A program made the translations under genes and the position numbers. A stretch of 63,905 nucleotides of DNA, the filler included. It is 5 parts of 5 records of this genome, joined end to end, with 100 filler letters (N's around TTAATTAATTAA, not from the genome) between each part and the next. Parts side by side here need not be neighbours in the genome. Positions count along the whole stretch, not along the records: positions 30,875 to 41,919 come from SRR20825006_1656; positions 42,020 to 57,197 come from SRR20825006_1657; 3 more parts are not named here. The stretch is one strand, 5' to 3'. The notes beneath the pieces are model-generated. The model was not told the DNA's origin, did no database searches, and saw only the letters and a program-made list of their open reading frames with translations. This document shows, in pieces, positions 31,157 to 42,020 of this stretch (positions within the stretch are counted from its first letter, which is position 1; each line of letters begins with the position of its first letter).

Positions 31157-31906
31157 TTGTCCATTGGCGATATATCACTGTTGAGCGCGCTTCTCGCCGG
31201 AGCTCTCTCGTTTCTGTCGCCTTGTGTGTTGCCGCTCGTACCACCTTACCTCTGCTATATGGCGGGCATATCCGTCGATCAGTTCAAAGGTGCGGAAGGG
31301 GAGCAATCCAGGGGGCCAAACCCCTTTGTGGTGTTGTTGCCCGCTGTGTTTTTTACCTTGGGGTTTGCAACCATATTCGTGGCGCTTGGGGCAGGAGCTT
31401 CGACGATTGGCCATCTGTTGCGCCAGTATATGGATATACTTTCGAAGGTCGGCGGTATCATCATCATTCTGATGGGGTTGCACTTTCTGGGCGTCTTCAG
31501 AATTTCTCTGCTTTCGCGGGAAGCGCGGTTTCATGGTGCAGGACGACCAGCAAGTGCGACAGGTGCCTATATTATGGGGCTAGCCTTCGCCTTCGGCTGG
31601 ACACCATGTATCGGTCCCGTTCTGGGGGCAATTCTGGCGGTGGCTGCGTCGCGCAATACGGTTAGCGATGGAGCGACCTTGTTGGCGGTCTATTCGCTCG
31701 GGCTTGCAGTGCCGTTTTGGATTGCGGCCCTGTTCTCCGGAGCTTTCATGCGCTTCCTGAGCCGCTTTCGCCGTCACATCGGCATGGTGGAAAAAATCAT
31801 GGGCGTATTCCTGATTTTGACCGGCATGGCCTTTCTGTTCGGCTTTATTGCGGATGTTGCAATCTGGTTTCAGACGACATTTCCGGCATTATCAACAATC
31901 GGTTGA
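31157..31906 (+). CDS. ccdA: Cytochrome c biogenesis protein CcdA
   Basis: SFLSPCVLPL and GWTPCIGP; about six TM segments; TTG start after GGGAG. Confidence 0.92.
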   Translation: MSIGDISLLSALLAGALSFLSPCVLPLVPPYLCYMAGISVDQFKGAEGEQSRGPNPFVVLLPAVFFTLGFATIFVALGAGASTIGHLLRQYMDILSKVGGIIIILMGLHFLGVFRISLLSREARFHGAGRPASATGAYIMGLAFAFGWTPCIGPVLGAILAVAASRNTVSDGATLLAVYSLGLAVPFWIAALFSGAFMRFLSRFRRHIGMVEKIMGVFLILTGMAFLFGFIADVAIWFQTTFPALSTIG

Positions 31907-31936
31907 TGTATCTGGCCCGGCAGGCGACAGCCTGTC

Positions 31937-32284
31937 TCAGTTCCAGTCATCGCAAAACATCATGCCGAAATCGTCGTCGTCACACTCTTTGGGGCCGGGT
32001 TTACATGAAAATGTGGGGCAGGCATTTGTGTCTTTGACCGGAACCGTGCGCTCAATCGCGTGATCACCCTGACCGGCACAGACAACTGGATCTCTGACAT
32101 AACGATCATAAAGCGTACGACCGCTGCCGCTGGGCGAGGGATATCGCAAAATCGCTGCACCCTGCTGGTTTAAAATCGTGTGGACCTGATTGCAGGTTAG
32201 ATTCTGGATATCGTAACGTTCGATGGCATTGGCCGGAATGACCGAAGCTGCGAGAATGGTTGCCGCGATAACAAGTTTCATCAT
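31937..32284 (-). CDS. Small secreted Cys-containing hypothetical protein
   Basis: Signal peptide ending ANA; GAAILRYPS...LYDRYV; several Cys. Confidence 0.7.
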   Translation of the reverse strand: MMKLVIAATILAASVIPANAIERYDIQNLTCNQVHTILNQQGAAILRYPSPSGSGRTLYDRYVRDPVVCAGQGDHAIERTVPVKDTNACPTFSCKPGPKECDDDDFGMMFCDDWN

Positions 32285-32354
32285 CCACATTCGCCCCTGA
32301 TGGACGCCTTCAAATAGCAATGCTGTTCATTAACACGTGTAAGGAGAAAGAACC

Positions 32355-32789
32355 ATGCCGGAAACCGCAGATCATGATCGTGAGATTCGCAATATCCTTT
32401 CGCACATCAAGACAATTGCACTCGTTGGTGCGTCGCCAAAACCCGAACGCCCAAGCCATCGGGTTATGGGGTTTCTCTTGTCGAAAGGTTACAAAGTCAT
32501 GCCTGTCAATCCGGGCCTGGCGGGCAAGAGTATCCACGATCAACAGGTTTACGCCAGCCTTGCCGAGTTGCCCGGGCCGGTTGATATGGTGGATATCTTC
32601 CGGGCCTCTGAAGCCGTCGGGCAGGTGGTTGATGAAGCGTTGCAGCTGTCACCGCGGCCGGGGGTGATCTGGATGCAGCTTGGCGTCATAAATGAAGAGG
32701 CAGCGGAAACGGCGCGGCGGGCAGGGCTGTCTGTCGTTATGGACCGCTGTCCCGCTATTGAATACCCGCGTTTGATGGACGTATCGTGA
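32355..32789 (+). CDS. CoA-binding protein (YccU-like)
   Basis: IALVGASPKPERPS, DMVDIFR, WMQLG, MDRCP. Confidence 0.9.
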   Translation: MPETADHDREIRNILSHIKTIALVGASPKPERPSHRVMGFLLSKGYKVMPVNPGLAGKSIHDQQVYASLAELPGPVDMVDIFRASEAVGQVVDEALQLSPRPGVIWMQLGVINEEAAETARRAGLSVVMDRCPAIEYPRLMDVS

Positions 32790-32816
32790 TCGCGTGATCG
32801 CTGTCTCCTCGAAAAG

Positions 32817-33206
32817 TTATTTCGGCTCAAGCAGAAGGTCGGGAGCCGCCCGCATCTCATTGAGAAGAGCGTGATTGTCGCAATACTCCATGAATCGCTT
32901 CTCGGCGACATGGCAGGAAAGATCGTCGCGGCAGCGCGCTTTGGCATCGCATGCGGCGCAGTTGGACAGCATGTAATAATAGAGGCGGCGATAGTGGAAT
33001 TCGGCTTCCACCGGATCGATGTTGAGGGCTTTCATCATTTCCGTCATTTCGGCAGCATCGCGTGGCTCCGCATTATCGATATCTGCTTTGGCCAGACGAA
33101 GCATCATCGCCAGCGTACCAGCTTCTTCACCATCAAAATGTTCTGTCTCACGCCATTCGGCAAAACGGTCTTGCCGACGATTGTCATCCTTGGGGAAACC
33201 GTCCAT
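32817..33206 (-). CDS. Cys-motif hypothetical protein (DUF6455-like)
   Basis: CAAC-x5-C...YCDN near the C-terminus; RBS GGAG before ATG 33206. Confidence 0.6.
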   Translation of the reverse strand: MDGFPKDDNRRQDRFAEWRETEHFDGEEAGTLAMMLRLAKADIDNAEPRDAAEMTEMMKALNIDPVEAEFHYRRLYYYMLSNCAACDAKARCRDDLSCHVAEKRFMEYCDNHALLNEMRAAPDLLLEPK

Positions 33207-33352
33207 TGTCTGCTCTCCATGTCCTGTACACGTTTTGACATTTGTACAGTTGCAGGCATTGATCTTGATCAACGGCGGCAAGGCCGCACTTGATCAAAGC
33301 CTGATGGAGGTTGACAGAGGAATGAGTATTCATTCAATCGGAGGAAGCAGAA

Positions 33353-34645
33353 ATGGACGATAATAAAGAACCGGGATTCGCGACGCTCTCTATTCATGCC
33401 GGTGCTCAGCCGGACCCGGCGACCAACGCGCGCGCCACGCCGATCTATCAGACCACGTCCTATGTGTTTAATGATACTGACCATGCGGCTGCGTTATTCG
33501 GACTGAAAGCGTTCGGTAACATTTACACGCGGATCATGAACCCGACCACGGCGGTGCTTGAAGAACGTGTTGCAGCGCTGGAAGGTGGCGCAGCAGCGCT
33601 GGCGGTTGCCTCCGGTCATGCGGCTCAATTGTTGACAATGCATATGCTGATGCAGCCTGGCGACAATTTTGTTGCCGCACGCAAGCTTTACGGTGGTTCG
33701 ATCAATCAGTTCGGCCATGCTTTCAAGAATTTTGGTTGGGAAGTGCGCTGGGCAGATTCTGCTGACCCTGAAGATTTCGCGGCGCAAATCGATGAGCGCA
33801 CCAAGGCTGTATTCATTGAAAGCCTGGCCAACCCCGGCGGAACATTTGTCGATATCGCAGCGATTGCCGAAGTGGCACATGCGCACGGTTTGCCGCTGAT
33901 TGTCGATAATACAATGGCAACGCCATATCTCGTGCGACCGATTGAGCATGGTGCGGATATTGTCGTCCATTCGCTGACCAAGTTTCTGGGCGGTCATGGC
34001 AATTCCATGGGCGGCATTCTCGTTGATGGCGGTACGTTTGACTGGTCGAAGCCCGGACGCTATCCGATGCTTTCGGAGCCGCGCGCTGAATACGATAACC
34101 TTGTACTGAATGATGCCTTTGGTAATCTTGCCTTCGCGCTTGGCGCACGAGTGCTGAGCCTGAGGGACCTCGGACCGGCAATTTCTCCTTTCAACTCCTT
34201 TATGCTGGCAACCGGGATTGAAACCCTGCCGCTCAGGATGCAACGCCATTGCGACAACGCGCTGGCCGTTGCCCGCTGGCTCTGCGATCATGAGGCGGTT
34301 GCCTGGGTCAACTATCCCGGGCTTGAGGGTGACCCCAACCATGATCTCCAGCAGCGTTACGCTCCAAAAGGGGCAGGCGCAGTCTTCACGTTCGGGCTCA
34401 AAGGGGGATATGAAGCCGGTAAAACATTCGTTGAAAGTCTGGAACTGTTCTCGCATCTGGCGAATATCGGGGATACGCGCTCACTGGTTATTCACCCTGC
34501 ATCCACAACTCATGCACAGCTCACGCCGGAACAGCAGATCGCTGCAGGTGCTGGCCCGGATGTCGTGCGTCTTTCAATCGGCATCGAGGATGTCGGTGAT
34601 CTGATTGCCGACATCGGTCAATCGCTGAACAAGATACAAGCCTGA
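33353..34645 (+). CDS. metY: O-acetylhomoserine aminocarboxypropyltransferase (sulfhydrylase)
   Basis: PIYQTTSY, YTRIMNPT, PLP lysine in HSLTKF, HLANIGD, IHPASTTH. Confidence 0.93.
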   Translation: MDDNKEPGFATLSIHAGAQPDPATNARATPIYQTTSYVFNDTDHAAALFGLKAFGNIYTRIMNPTTAVLEERVAALEGGAAALAVASGHAAQLLTMHMLMQPGDNFVAARKLYGGSINQFGHAFKNFGWEVRWADSADPEDFAAQIDERTKAVFIESLANPGGTFVDIAAIAEVAHAHGLPLIVDNTMATPYLVRPIEHGADIVVHSLTKFLGGHGNSMGGILVDGGTFDWSKPGRYPMLSEPRAEYDNLVLNDAFGNLAFALGARVLSLRDLGPAISPFNSFMLATGIETLPLRMQRHCDNALAVARWLCDHEAVAWVNYPGLEGDPNHDLQQRYAPKGAGAVFTFGLKGGYEAGKTFVESLELFSHLANIGDTRSLVIHPASTTHAQLTPEQQIAAGAGPDVVRLSIGIEDVGDLIADIGQSLNKIQA

Positions 34646-34672
34646 AAAGTACCGGTTAAGTTTTGCCGAACG

Positions 34673-34699
34673 GACTTATCCACAGCCTGTGGATAAGTC
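34673..34699. promoter_or_regulatory. Palindrome containing two perfect inverted DnaA boxes
   Basis: GAC-TTATCCACA-GCC-TGTGGATAA-GTC between convergent genes. Confidence 0.7.
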
Positions 34700-34711
34700 T
34701 ATACACACCCG

Positions 34712-35914
34712 TTAAGCCGGGATCTGTGTGCGATCGGGGTAGCTTTTTCCGGCATCGGAAAGCGGGTGAGGTTCCTGGTAGACCACCACCTGATTTCGTC
34801 CGCCTTCCTTGGCCTGGTAAAGCGCTCGGTCCGCTTCGCGTAGCATAGCATCCACGTCGCCTAGATTCTTTTCTCGAAGCGAGATGCCGATACTGACCGT
34901 CATTTTCAGCGGTTTTCCATTTTCGGTGTATACAGATTGTTCGAGACTGAGGCGAATACGTTCGGCTATATGCTTTGCTGCCTGTGCGTTTTTCAGGCGT
35001 GCGAAGATCGCAAATTCCTCACCTCCGGAACGTGCGAAGACATCGTTGTTTCGCAGGTTCTCGCTCGCAATATTGGCGAAACGCTTCAATGCATGGTCGC
35101 CGGCGCTGTGACCAAAGGCGTCGTTAGTGCCCTTGAAATTGTCTAGGTCGAGAATAAAGCAGGCCATTTTCGGTCCCGCGTCCGGAGCTTTCGCCAGTTT
35201 TGCGACTTCAACCATCATGCCACGTCTGTTGAGGACATTGGTCAGGGGATCACGATAAGCCATCTCTTTCAGGGCAAAATCAAATTTCTCAACCGTCAGC
35301 CAAACCGCCATGAAAATCTTGGCGGAAAACAAGACAAAACCAGAGATCAGCGCAAAAGACACAATTACCGAATCAATGCGGGGCCGATCATTGTAGAAGA
35401 CCACACCAGCTGTGATTGCAATTCCGACAATCACTTCAACGGCAAAAATCAACGGAAGTGCATTGTTCAGGCGCACTTCGTTCGACCGCGCCCGCGTCAA
35501 CAGGAAGTGAACGGCGTATAGAGCGAGCAGTGCACTGGCAAAATAGTATCCTGCAAGCAATTTTTCTGGAACATAACCTGAGATGGAGAGACAGGTGAGG
35601 ATAGCGAGCCAAACGGCGAAGGCGGCGCCTGTAAACCTGGCTGGCTGTGCTTTCCCAAACAACACCAAAATACCGGCAGTTGAGAGAATGCGTGCAATGA
35701 TCAGCGCGGTAAAAATCGGAATCGGAAGCAGTGGAAAGCCGTCCCGACTGGTGATTGGCAGGCCGAGAAGTGCGATGCCCTGAAACAGTAACGAGGCTCC
35801 CCAGAAAAGCAGGAAACGCCTGCTCTTGTCACGGCGCCACAAGAGAAGAGCGATAAAAGAAAGCATTAAACAATCAGTCGACCACGCGACCATTGCTACC
35901 AGATTGTCGGACAA
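34712..35914 (-). CDS. Membrane-anchored diguanylate cyclase
   Basis: Multi-TM N-terminus; DPLTNVLNRR, RNND I-site, GGEEF, ADRALYQAK. Confidence 0.9.
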   Translation of the reverse strand: MSDNLVAMVAWSTDCLMLSFIALLLWRRDKSRRFLLFWGASLLFQGIALLGLPITSRDGFPLLPIPIFTALIIARILSTAGILVLFGKAQPARFTGAAFAVWLAILTCLSISGYVPEKLLAGYYFASALLALYAVHFLLTRARSNEVRLNNALPLIFAVEVIVGIAITAGVVFYNDRPRIDSVIVSFALISGFVLFSAKIFMAVWLTVEKFDFALKEMAYRDPLTNVLNRRGMMVEVAKLAKAPDAGPKMACFILDLDNFKGTNDAFGHSAGDHALKRFANIASENLRNNDVFARSGGEEFAIFARLKNAQAAKHIAERIRLSLEQSVYTENGKPLKMTVSIGISLREKNLGDVDAMLREADRALYQAKEGGRNQVVVYQEPHPLSDAGKSYPDRTQIPA

Positions 35915-36131
35915 GATATGAGAGCCTCAATCAACCATTGCGTGTTTTAATGACATTAACTTTCCTTTTGGGTGAATAACAAGTGGGAGCCGGGCCTTTC
36001 CCTGACTATCCGTCCTAATCCGCAGATGATTGGAGTTTTATGACAAACAATCTTGCGCGTTAAGATGCAAACAACTCGCTGATTGAATAAGATGTTTGAT
36101 ACGGTCGAAAGACAGTGTTCTCAAACCATCT

Positions 36132-36161
36132 CTTGAAGTCGGCACCTCCGGCACTCTATGT
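36132..36161 (+). promoter_or_regulatory. Candidate RpoH (sigma-32) promoter of clpP
   Basis: CTTGAA-N17-TCTATGT resembles the alphaproteobacterial RpoH consensus. Confidence 0.5.
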
Positions 36162-36222
36162 AGGGAATTGAAAAAAGAGATTCGCGAGATTCCGGCATAA
36201 AAACGTCGGCAAAAGGATGATC

Positions 36223-36843
36223 ATGACAAATCCCGTAGATACCGCCATGGCGCTCGTACCGATGGTCGTGGAACAGACCAATCGCGGCGAACGTTCCTAC
36301 GACATCTTTTCGCGCCTTTTAAAAGAGCGCATTATTTTCCTGACCGGTCCGGTGGAAGATCAGATCGCATCGCTTGTCTGTGCGCAGCTTTTGTTTCTGG
36401 AAGCGGAAAATCCTAAAAAGGAGATTGCGCTTTACATCAATTCACCGGGTGGCGTCGTCACTGCCGGATTGGCAATTTATGACACGATGCAGTTTATCCG
36501 CCCTGCTGTATCAACGCTTTGCGTGGGGCAGGCGGCTTCCATGGGGTCACTGCTTTTAGCTGCCGGCGAGAAGGGTATGCGCTTTGCGACACCAAATGCC
36601 CGGGTGATGGTTCATCAGCCCTCGGGCGGCTATCAGGGACAGGCATCGGATATTGAGCGACATGCCCGTGATATTCTGAAAATCAAGCGGCGTCTGAATG
36701 AAATATATGTCCGTCATTGTGGCCAGACCTATGAAGAGGTTGAAAAAACGCTTGATCGTGACCACTTCATGGATCCTGAGGAAGCTATGAGCTGGGGCGT
36801 TATCGACCGCGTCATGACATCGCGGGCGGAAATTGAAGGCTGA
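36223..36843 (+). CDS. clpP: ATP-dependent Clp protease proteolytic subunit
   Basis: [31 protein letters not shown]. Confidence 0.98.
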   Translation: MTNPVDTAMALVPMVVEQTNRGERSYDIFSRLLKERIIFLTGPVEDQIASLVCAQLLFLEAENPKKEIALYINSPGGVVTAGLAIYDTMQFIRPAVSTLCVGQAASMGSLLLAAGEKGMRFATPNARVMVHQPSGGYQGQASDIERHARDILKIKRRLNEIYVRHCGQTYEEVEKTLDRDHFMDPEEAMSWGVIDRVMTSRAEIEG

Positions 36844-37197
36844 ATTCAAAAGCTCAAAAAAGCCGTGATGCTCTTTTCTGGACCGCTTAAACATGTCGGC
36901 CGTTATCTTTCTGAAAGAGTAATCGCGGCTGGCTTCAGACTCGGAAACACGCATTTGTGTGTTTTTTGGGGGTTTCAACCTGCTGCATAGCCGTTAATAG
37001 TATAGAAAAACGGCCCTGATAGTGTGTTTTGGTAAATTATCGGTGGCTGCTCTGTTATAAGCCGGTTATCGATTGCCAGCGTGCATGTCATCCTGTCGCC
37101 CATTTGTTCTTCGAATTTTGACGGAAGAGACAGGAAAAAGAATTAAAGTGATTCCCGTTCTGGTTTGACCGGAAGGGTTTGCTGGAAGGAAGTGATT

Positions 37198-38475
37198 ATG
37201 AGCAAAGTCAGCGGTAGTGGTGGCGGCGACTCGAAGAACACGCTCTATTGTTCGTTCTGCGGAAAGAGTCAGCATGAAGTCCGCAAACTGATCGCTGGTC
37301 CGACTGTTTTCATCTGCGACGAGTGTGTCGAGTTGTGCATGGATATCATCCGTGAGGAAAACAAGACCTCGATGGTGAAGTCTGGCGAAGGTGTGCCGTC
37401 GCCGCAGGATATCATGGGCGTTCTTGACGAGTATGTGATTGGTCAAAGCCACGCAAAACGTATTCTCTCGGTTGCGGTGCATAACCATTACAAGCGTCTT
37501 TCGCACGCTTCGAAGGGCGATGATATCGAACTGTCGAAATCGAACATTCTGCTGGTCGGACCGACTGGCTGTGGCAAGACATATCTTGCCCAGACGCTCG
37601 CACGCATCATTGATGTTCCCTTTACGATGGCTGATGCCACAACGCTTACTGAAGCGGGCTATGTTGGCGAGGATGTTGAAAACATCATTCTGAAGCTCCT
37701 GCAGTCTGCCGATTACAATGTTGAGCGGGCCCAGCGCGGCATCGTGTATATTGATGAAGTCGACAAGATCTCACGCAAATCGGATAATCCGTCCATAACA
37801 CGTGATGTCTCGGGTGAGGGCGTGCAGCAGGCATTGCTGAAGATCATGGAAGGTACAGTCGCCTCCGTGCCACCGCAGGGCGGGCGCAAGCACCCCCAGC
37901 AGGAGTTCCTGCAGGTTGATACAACCAATATACTGTTTCTGTGTGGCGGTGCATTCGCAGGATTGGACAAGGTTATTTCGGCCCGTGGTGAGCGTACGTC
38001 GATCGGATTTGGCGCCACGGTGCGGCATGCGGAGGATCGCAAGGTGGGCGATGTCCTGCGCGATCTGGAACCGGAAGACCTGGTGAAATTTGGTCTCATA
38101 CCGGAATTCATCGGCCGCTTGCCGGTCATCGCGACGCTGGAAGATCTGGATGAAGATGCCCTGATCCAGATTTTGACCGAGCCGAAAAATGCTCTGGTCA
38201 AGCAGTATCAGCGATTGTTCGAGATGGAAGACGTCGAGCTTAATTTTCACGATGATGCGCTGCGTGCCATTGCCCGCAAGGCGATTGACCGCAAAACCGG
38301 TGCTCGCGGCCTCAGATCCATTATGGAGAAGATACTGCTGGATACGATGTTTGAACTTCCTGCTCTTGAAGGCGTACGCGAGGTCGTCATTTCGGACGAG
38401 GTCGTGTCGGGAACATCTCAACCATTGTACATTTACGAAAGCCGCTCCGACGACAAGGCAAATGCTTCTGCCTGA
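37198..38475 (+). CDS. clpX: Clp protease ATP-binding subunit ClpX
   Basis: CSFCGK zinc finger, [17 protein letters not shown] loop. Confidence 0.98.
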   Translation: MSKVSGSGGGDSKNTLYCSFCGKSQHEVRKLIAGPTVFICDECVELCMDIIREENKTSMVKSGEGVPSPQDIMGVLDEYVIGQSHAKRILSVAVHNHYKRLSHASKGDDIELSKSNILLVGPTGCGKTYLAQTLARIIDVPFTMADATTLTEAGYVGEDVENIILKLLQSADYNVERAQRGIVYIDEVDKISRKSDNPSITRDVSGEGVQQALLKIMEGTVASVPPQGGRKHPQQEFLQVDTTNILFLCGGAFAGLDKVISARGERTSIGFGATVRHAEDRKVGDVLRDLEPEDLVKFGLIPEFIGRLPVIATLEDLDEDALIQILTEPKNALVKQYQRLFEMEDVELNFHDDALRAIARKAIDRKTGARGLRSIMEKILLDTMFELPALEGVREVVISDEVVSGTSQPLYIYESRSDDKANASA

Positions 38476-38725
38476 CGGTGCGAATGGTCATGGATGTAGA
38501 ACAGGGGCAGGGCTTAGGTCCTGCCTCTGGCGTTTTTCAGATCCTTTATCGATGTATAATCCCGGTTTCGGCCATGTTTCGCTGAAAAGCACGGGAACTG
38601 TTGAAATCGGACTTCCAAAGCGCCACCTGTCATCTAACATTAAATCAGAATAGGACTTCAGACCGTCTTAGGTCTGTCTATGCGACCGGTTCTTCCCTCC
38701 GTGTTGCTGGAAAGGAAAGAAAAAC

Positions 38726-41143
38726 ATGACGCAGAACGCGCCCGCAGCTGCCAAGGCTGCATATCCCGTATTGCCGCTGCGCGACATTGTGGTCTTCCCG
38801 CATATGATTGTGCCGCTTTTCGTCGGACGGGAAAAATCCATTCGTGCGTTGGAAGAGGTCATGAATGCCGACCGGCAAATCATGCTCGTGACGCAGGTTA
38901 ATGCCGGTGATGATGACCCCGACCCGGAAAACCTTTATCGAGTCGGAACTGTTGCCAATGTTTTGCAGTTGCTGAAGCTGCCTGACGGGACCGTCAAGGT
39001 TCTTGTCGAAGGCAAGTCGCGCGCCGCTTTGGGGTCTGTTTCGGGTTCAGATGAGTATTACGAGTGCGAGGCCGAGATTCTCGGTGAGCCGGAAGAAGAC
39101 CGCGTTGAGATCGAGGCGCTTTCGCGTTCAGTTGTCTCTGAGTTCGAAAACTATGTGAAACTGAACAAGAAGGTTTCACCTGAAGTTGTTGGTGCTGCGG
39201 GACAGATTGAGGATTATTCAAAGCTTGCGGACACCATTGCATCGCATCTTGCAATCAAGCTTACGGAAAAGCAGGAGATGCTGGAAACGACGAGCGTCAA
39301 GGGTCGTCTGGAAAAGGCGCTCGGCTTTATGGAAGGCGAGATTTCTGTCCTTCAGGTCGAAAAACGCATTCGCACACGCGTCAAGCGCCAGATGGAGAAG
39401 ACTCAGCGCGAATACTATCTGAATGAGCAAATGAAGGCTATTCAGAAAGAACTGGGTGAAGGCGAGGATGGCCGCGATGAAATGGCCGAACTCGAGGAGC
39501 GCATCAAAAAAACCAAGTTGACGAAAGAAGCGCGCGAAAAGGCCGATGCGGAGATGAAGAAGCTCCGCAATATGAGCCCGATGTCCGCTGAATCAACTGT
39601 TGTGCGCAACTATCTTGACTGGCTGACGGGGCTACCATGGAATGCCAAATCAAAGATCAAGCGCGATCTCGGTCACGCCGAAAAGGTTCTTGAAGAAGAT
39701 CATTTCGGTCTGGAAAAAGTCAAGGAACGTGTCGTCGAGTATCTTGCTGTTCAGGCCCGTGCCAAAAAGCTGAAAGGCCCGATCCTGTGCCTTGTCGGTC
39801 CGCCCGGTGTCGGCAAAACGTCACTTGCGCAGTCCATCGCCAAGGCGACCGGTCGCGAATATGTTCGCATGGCCCTGGGTGGTGTTCGTGATGAAGCGGA
39901 AATCCGCGGCCATCGCCGGACATATATCGGTTCCATGCCGGGCAAGATCGTCCAGTCAATGAAGAAGGTCGGCAAGAATAATCCGCTGTTTTTGCTGGAC
40001 GAAATCGACAAGATGGGTGCTGACTTCCGTGGCGACCCGTCCTCGGCCCTGCTGGAAGTGCTCGATCCGGAACAGAATTCGACTTTCATGGATCATTATC
40101 TTGAAGTCGAATATGATCTTTCGAATGTCATGTTCATCACCACGGCGAACACGCTTGATATTCCCGGCCCGCTGATGGACCGCATGGAGATCATACGGAT
40201 TGCCGGCTATACCGAGCAGGAGAAGCTTGAGATTGCCAAACGGCACCTGCTGCCGAAGGCTATCCGCGAGCATGCGCTGAAAACTGACGAGTTCTCTGTG
40301 AGTGATGAAGCGTTGACGCGGACCATTCAGCACTACACGCGTGAAGCCGGTGTAAGGAGCCTTGAGCGCGAGTTGATGAAATTGGCTCGTAAGGCTGTGA
40401 CCGAGATCGTGAAGGGCGACAAGACCGTTGTTCATGTCACCATGGACAACCTTGAAGACTATCTGGGTGTTCAGCGCTATCGCCATGGTGAAGCCGAACG
40501 CGAAGATCAGATCGGTGTTGTCACCGGCCTTGCATGGACAGAGGTTGGCGGTGAGTTGCTGACGATCGAGGGTGTCATGATGCCAGGCAAGGGGCGGATG
40601 ACCGTCACGGGTAATCTGCGTGACGTGATGAAGGAGTCGATTTCTGCGGCGGCATCTTATGTCCGTTCGCGTGCGGTTGACTTTGGAATCAAGCCGCCAT
40701 TGTTCGACAAGAGTGACATTCACGTCCACGTGCCCGAAGGAGCTACACCGAAAGACGGACCGTCTGCAGGTGTTGCCATGGCTACCGCAATCGTATCGAT
40801 CATGACGGGCATTCCGGTCGACAAGAATGTGGCGATGACAGGTGAAATTACGCTGCGTGGCCGGGTTCTGCCGATTGGCGGGCTGAAAGAAAAACTGCTC
40901 GCGGCACTTCGGGGTGGCATCACCAAGGTGCTCATTCCCGAGGAAAATGCCAAGGATCTGCCGGAGATACCTGACAACGTAAAAAATGGTCTGGAGATCA
41001 TTCCGGTTGCCCGCATGGGTGAGGTTCTGGAGCATGCATTGCTTGATGCGCCACAGCCCATCGAATGGGATCCGGAGGCTGAGCCGGTTGCGATTTCATC
41101 GGAAGAAGGTGAAAACGAATCGAACACAACGCTGGCACATTGA
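38726..41143 (+). CDS. lon: Lon protease (endopeptidase La)
   Basis: [32 protein letters not shown]. Confidence 0.98.
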   Translation: MTQNAPAAAKAAYPVLPLRDIVVFPHMIVPLFVGREKSIRALEEVMNADRQIMLVTQVNAGDDDPDPENLYRVGTVANVLQLLKLPDGTVKVLVEGKSRAALGSVSGSDEYYECEAEILGEPEEDRVEIEALSRSVVSEFENYVKLNKKVSPEVVGAAGQIEDYSKLADTIASHLAIKLTEKQEMLETTSVKGRLEKALGFMEGEISVLQVEKRIRTRVKRQMEKTQREYYLNEQMKAIQKELGEGEDGRDEMAELEERIKKTKLTKEAREKADAEMKKLRNMSPMSAESTVVRNYLDWLTGLPWNAKSKIKRDLGHAEKVLEEDHFGLEKVKERVVEYLAVQARAKKLKGPILCLVGPPGVGKTSLAQSIAKATGREYVRMALGGVRDEAEIRGHRRTYIGSMPGKIVQSMKKVGKNNPLFLLDEIDKMGADFRGDPSSALLEVLDPEQNSTFMDHYLEVEYDLSNVMFITTANTLDIPGPLMDRMEIIRIAGYTEQEKLEIAKRHLLPKAIREHALKTDEFSVSDEALTRTIQHYTREAGVRSLERELMKLARKAVTEIVKGDKTVVHVTMDNLEDYLGVQRYRHGEAEREDQIGVVTGLAWTEVGGELLTIEGVMMPGKGRMTVTGNLRDVMKESISAAASYVRSRAVDFGIKPPLFDKSDIHVHVPEGATPKDGPSAGVAMATAIVSIMTGIPVDKNVAMTGEITLRGRVLPIGGLKEKLLAALRGGITKVLIPEENAKDLPEIPDNVKNGLEIIPVARMGEVLEHALLDAPQPIEWDPEAEPVAISSEEGENESNTTLAH

Positions 41144-41192
41144 TGCCGCAATCGCGCCGCTTTCAGTGGTGACCTGTGGAAAAATAGGTGTG

Positions 41193-41218
41193 AAGGCCGG
41201 TATTTTACCGGCCTTTTT
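41193..41218 (+). terminator. Intrinsic terminator after lon
   Basis: AAGGCCGGTA-TTT-TACCGGCCTT-TTT. Confidence 0.8.
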
Positions 41219-41352
41219 CGTCGAAAAGCCCGAAAACTATTGCATTTCGCCCAAACGCAGGGCTTTTGATTTGCAGCGGGCAGCGGCGTGATTAATCTAT
41301 CTGCACCCGACTACACTGATCCGTTTCGAACCATTTGAGAAAGGGTGGAAAC

Positions 41353-41628
41353 ATGAATAAGAGTGAATTGGTAAACTCCGTTGCTGAAAAATCGGGCCTG
41401 TCCAAGGCTGATGCCGCAACGGCCGTAGACGCTGTTTTCGACACCGTACAGGGCGAATTGAAGAACGGCGGCGAAGTTCGCCTTGCTGGCTTCGGCGCCT
41501 TCACCGTCTCCTACAGCGCAGCGCGCAAAGGCCGTAACCCTTCAACCGGCGCTGAAGTTGATATTCCGGCACGTAACGTTCCGAAGTTCACGGCCGGCAA
41601 GGGTCTCAAGGACGCCTGCAACAGTTAA
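41353..41628 (+). CDS. hupB: DNA-binding protein HU
   Basis: MNKSELV...GFGAF...GRNPSTG...PKFTAGKGLKD; conserved position after lon. Confidence 0.95.
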   Translation: MNKSELVNSVAEKSGLSKADAATAVDAVFDTVQGELKNGGEVRLAGFGAFTVSYSAARKGRNPSTGAEVDIPARNVPKFTAGKGLKDACNS

Positions 41629-41652
41629 GTTTGCCACTTTCTGATGGTTACG

Positions 41653-41684
41653 AAACCCGGGGCATCAGTGTCCCGGGTTTTTTT
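41653..41684 (+). terminator. Intrinsic terminator after hup
   Basis: AAACCCGGGGCA...TGTCCCGGGTTTTTTT. Confidence 0.85.
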
Positions 41685-41800
41685 GTCTCTTTTGTTGACG
41701 CTGTGTTACCAAGCGGAGGCTTAGAGAGCGCTTGCTGTTTTTGAAGAACTTGGCTACCTGTTGCCTCAAGAAAAGAGCGGTTCTGCAAAATGCCATGAAC

Positions 41801-41919
41801 CGATCATTCTCGGGGCGAGGTGAAATTCCCCACCGGCGGTAAGCGTGTTTCACGTCAAGCCCGCGAGCGCCCGGCCTGTTGGTCGGGGTCAGCAGATCTG
41901 GTGCGATTCCAGAGCCGAC
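41801..41919 (+). ncRNA. FMN riboswitch (RFN element), 3'-truncated
   Basis: TTCTCGGGGCGAGGTGAAATTCCCCACCGGCGGT...AGCCCGCGAGCG...AGCAGATCTGGTGCGATTCCAGAGCCGAC. Confidence 0.93.
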
Positions 41920-42019
41920 NNNNNNNNNNNNNNNNNNNNNNNNNNNNNNNNNNNNNNNNNNNNTTAATTAATTAANNNNNNNNNNNNNNNNNNNNNNNNN
42001 NNNNNNNNNNNNNNNNNNN
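41920..42019. other. Artificial contig spacer
   Basis: N44-TTAATTAATTAA-N44. Confidence 0.99.
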
Positions 42020-42020
42020 G

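Noticed and set aside
34646-34711. Chromosomal replication origin
   Set aside because: Only two DnaA boxes in a 66-nt gap, with no AT-rich unwinding element or origin-associated genes; kept only as a DnaA-box finding.
35947-35960. CtrA box upstream of the GGDEF gene
   Set aside because: TTAA-N5-TTAAC spacing does not fit the TTAA-N7-TTAA consensus.
38600-38629. RpoH promoter upstream of lon (GTTGAA-N17-CCACCTG)
   Set aside because: Biologically plausible, but the -10 match is too weak to call from sequence alone.
33494-41035. Antisense ORFs 33494-34456, 37771-38421 and 39956-41035
   Set aside because: They lie opposite metY, clpX and lon, with no independent coding evidence.
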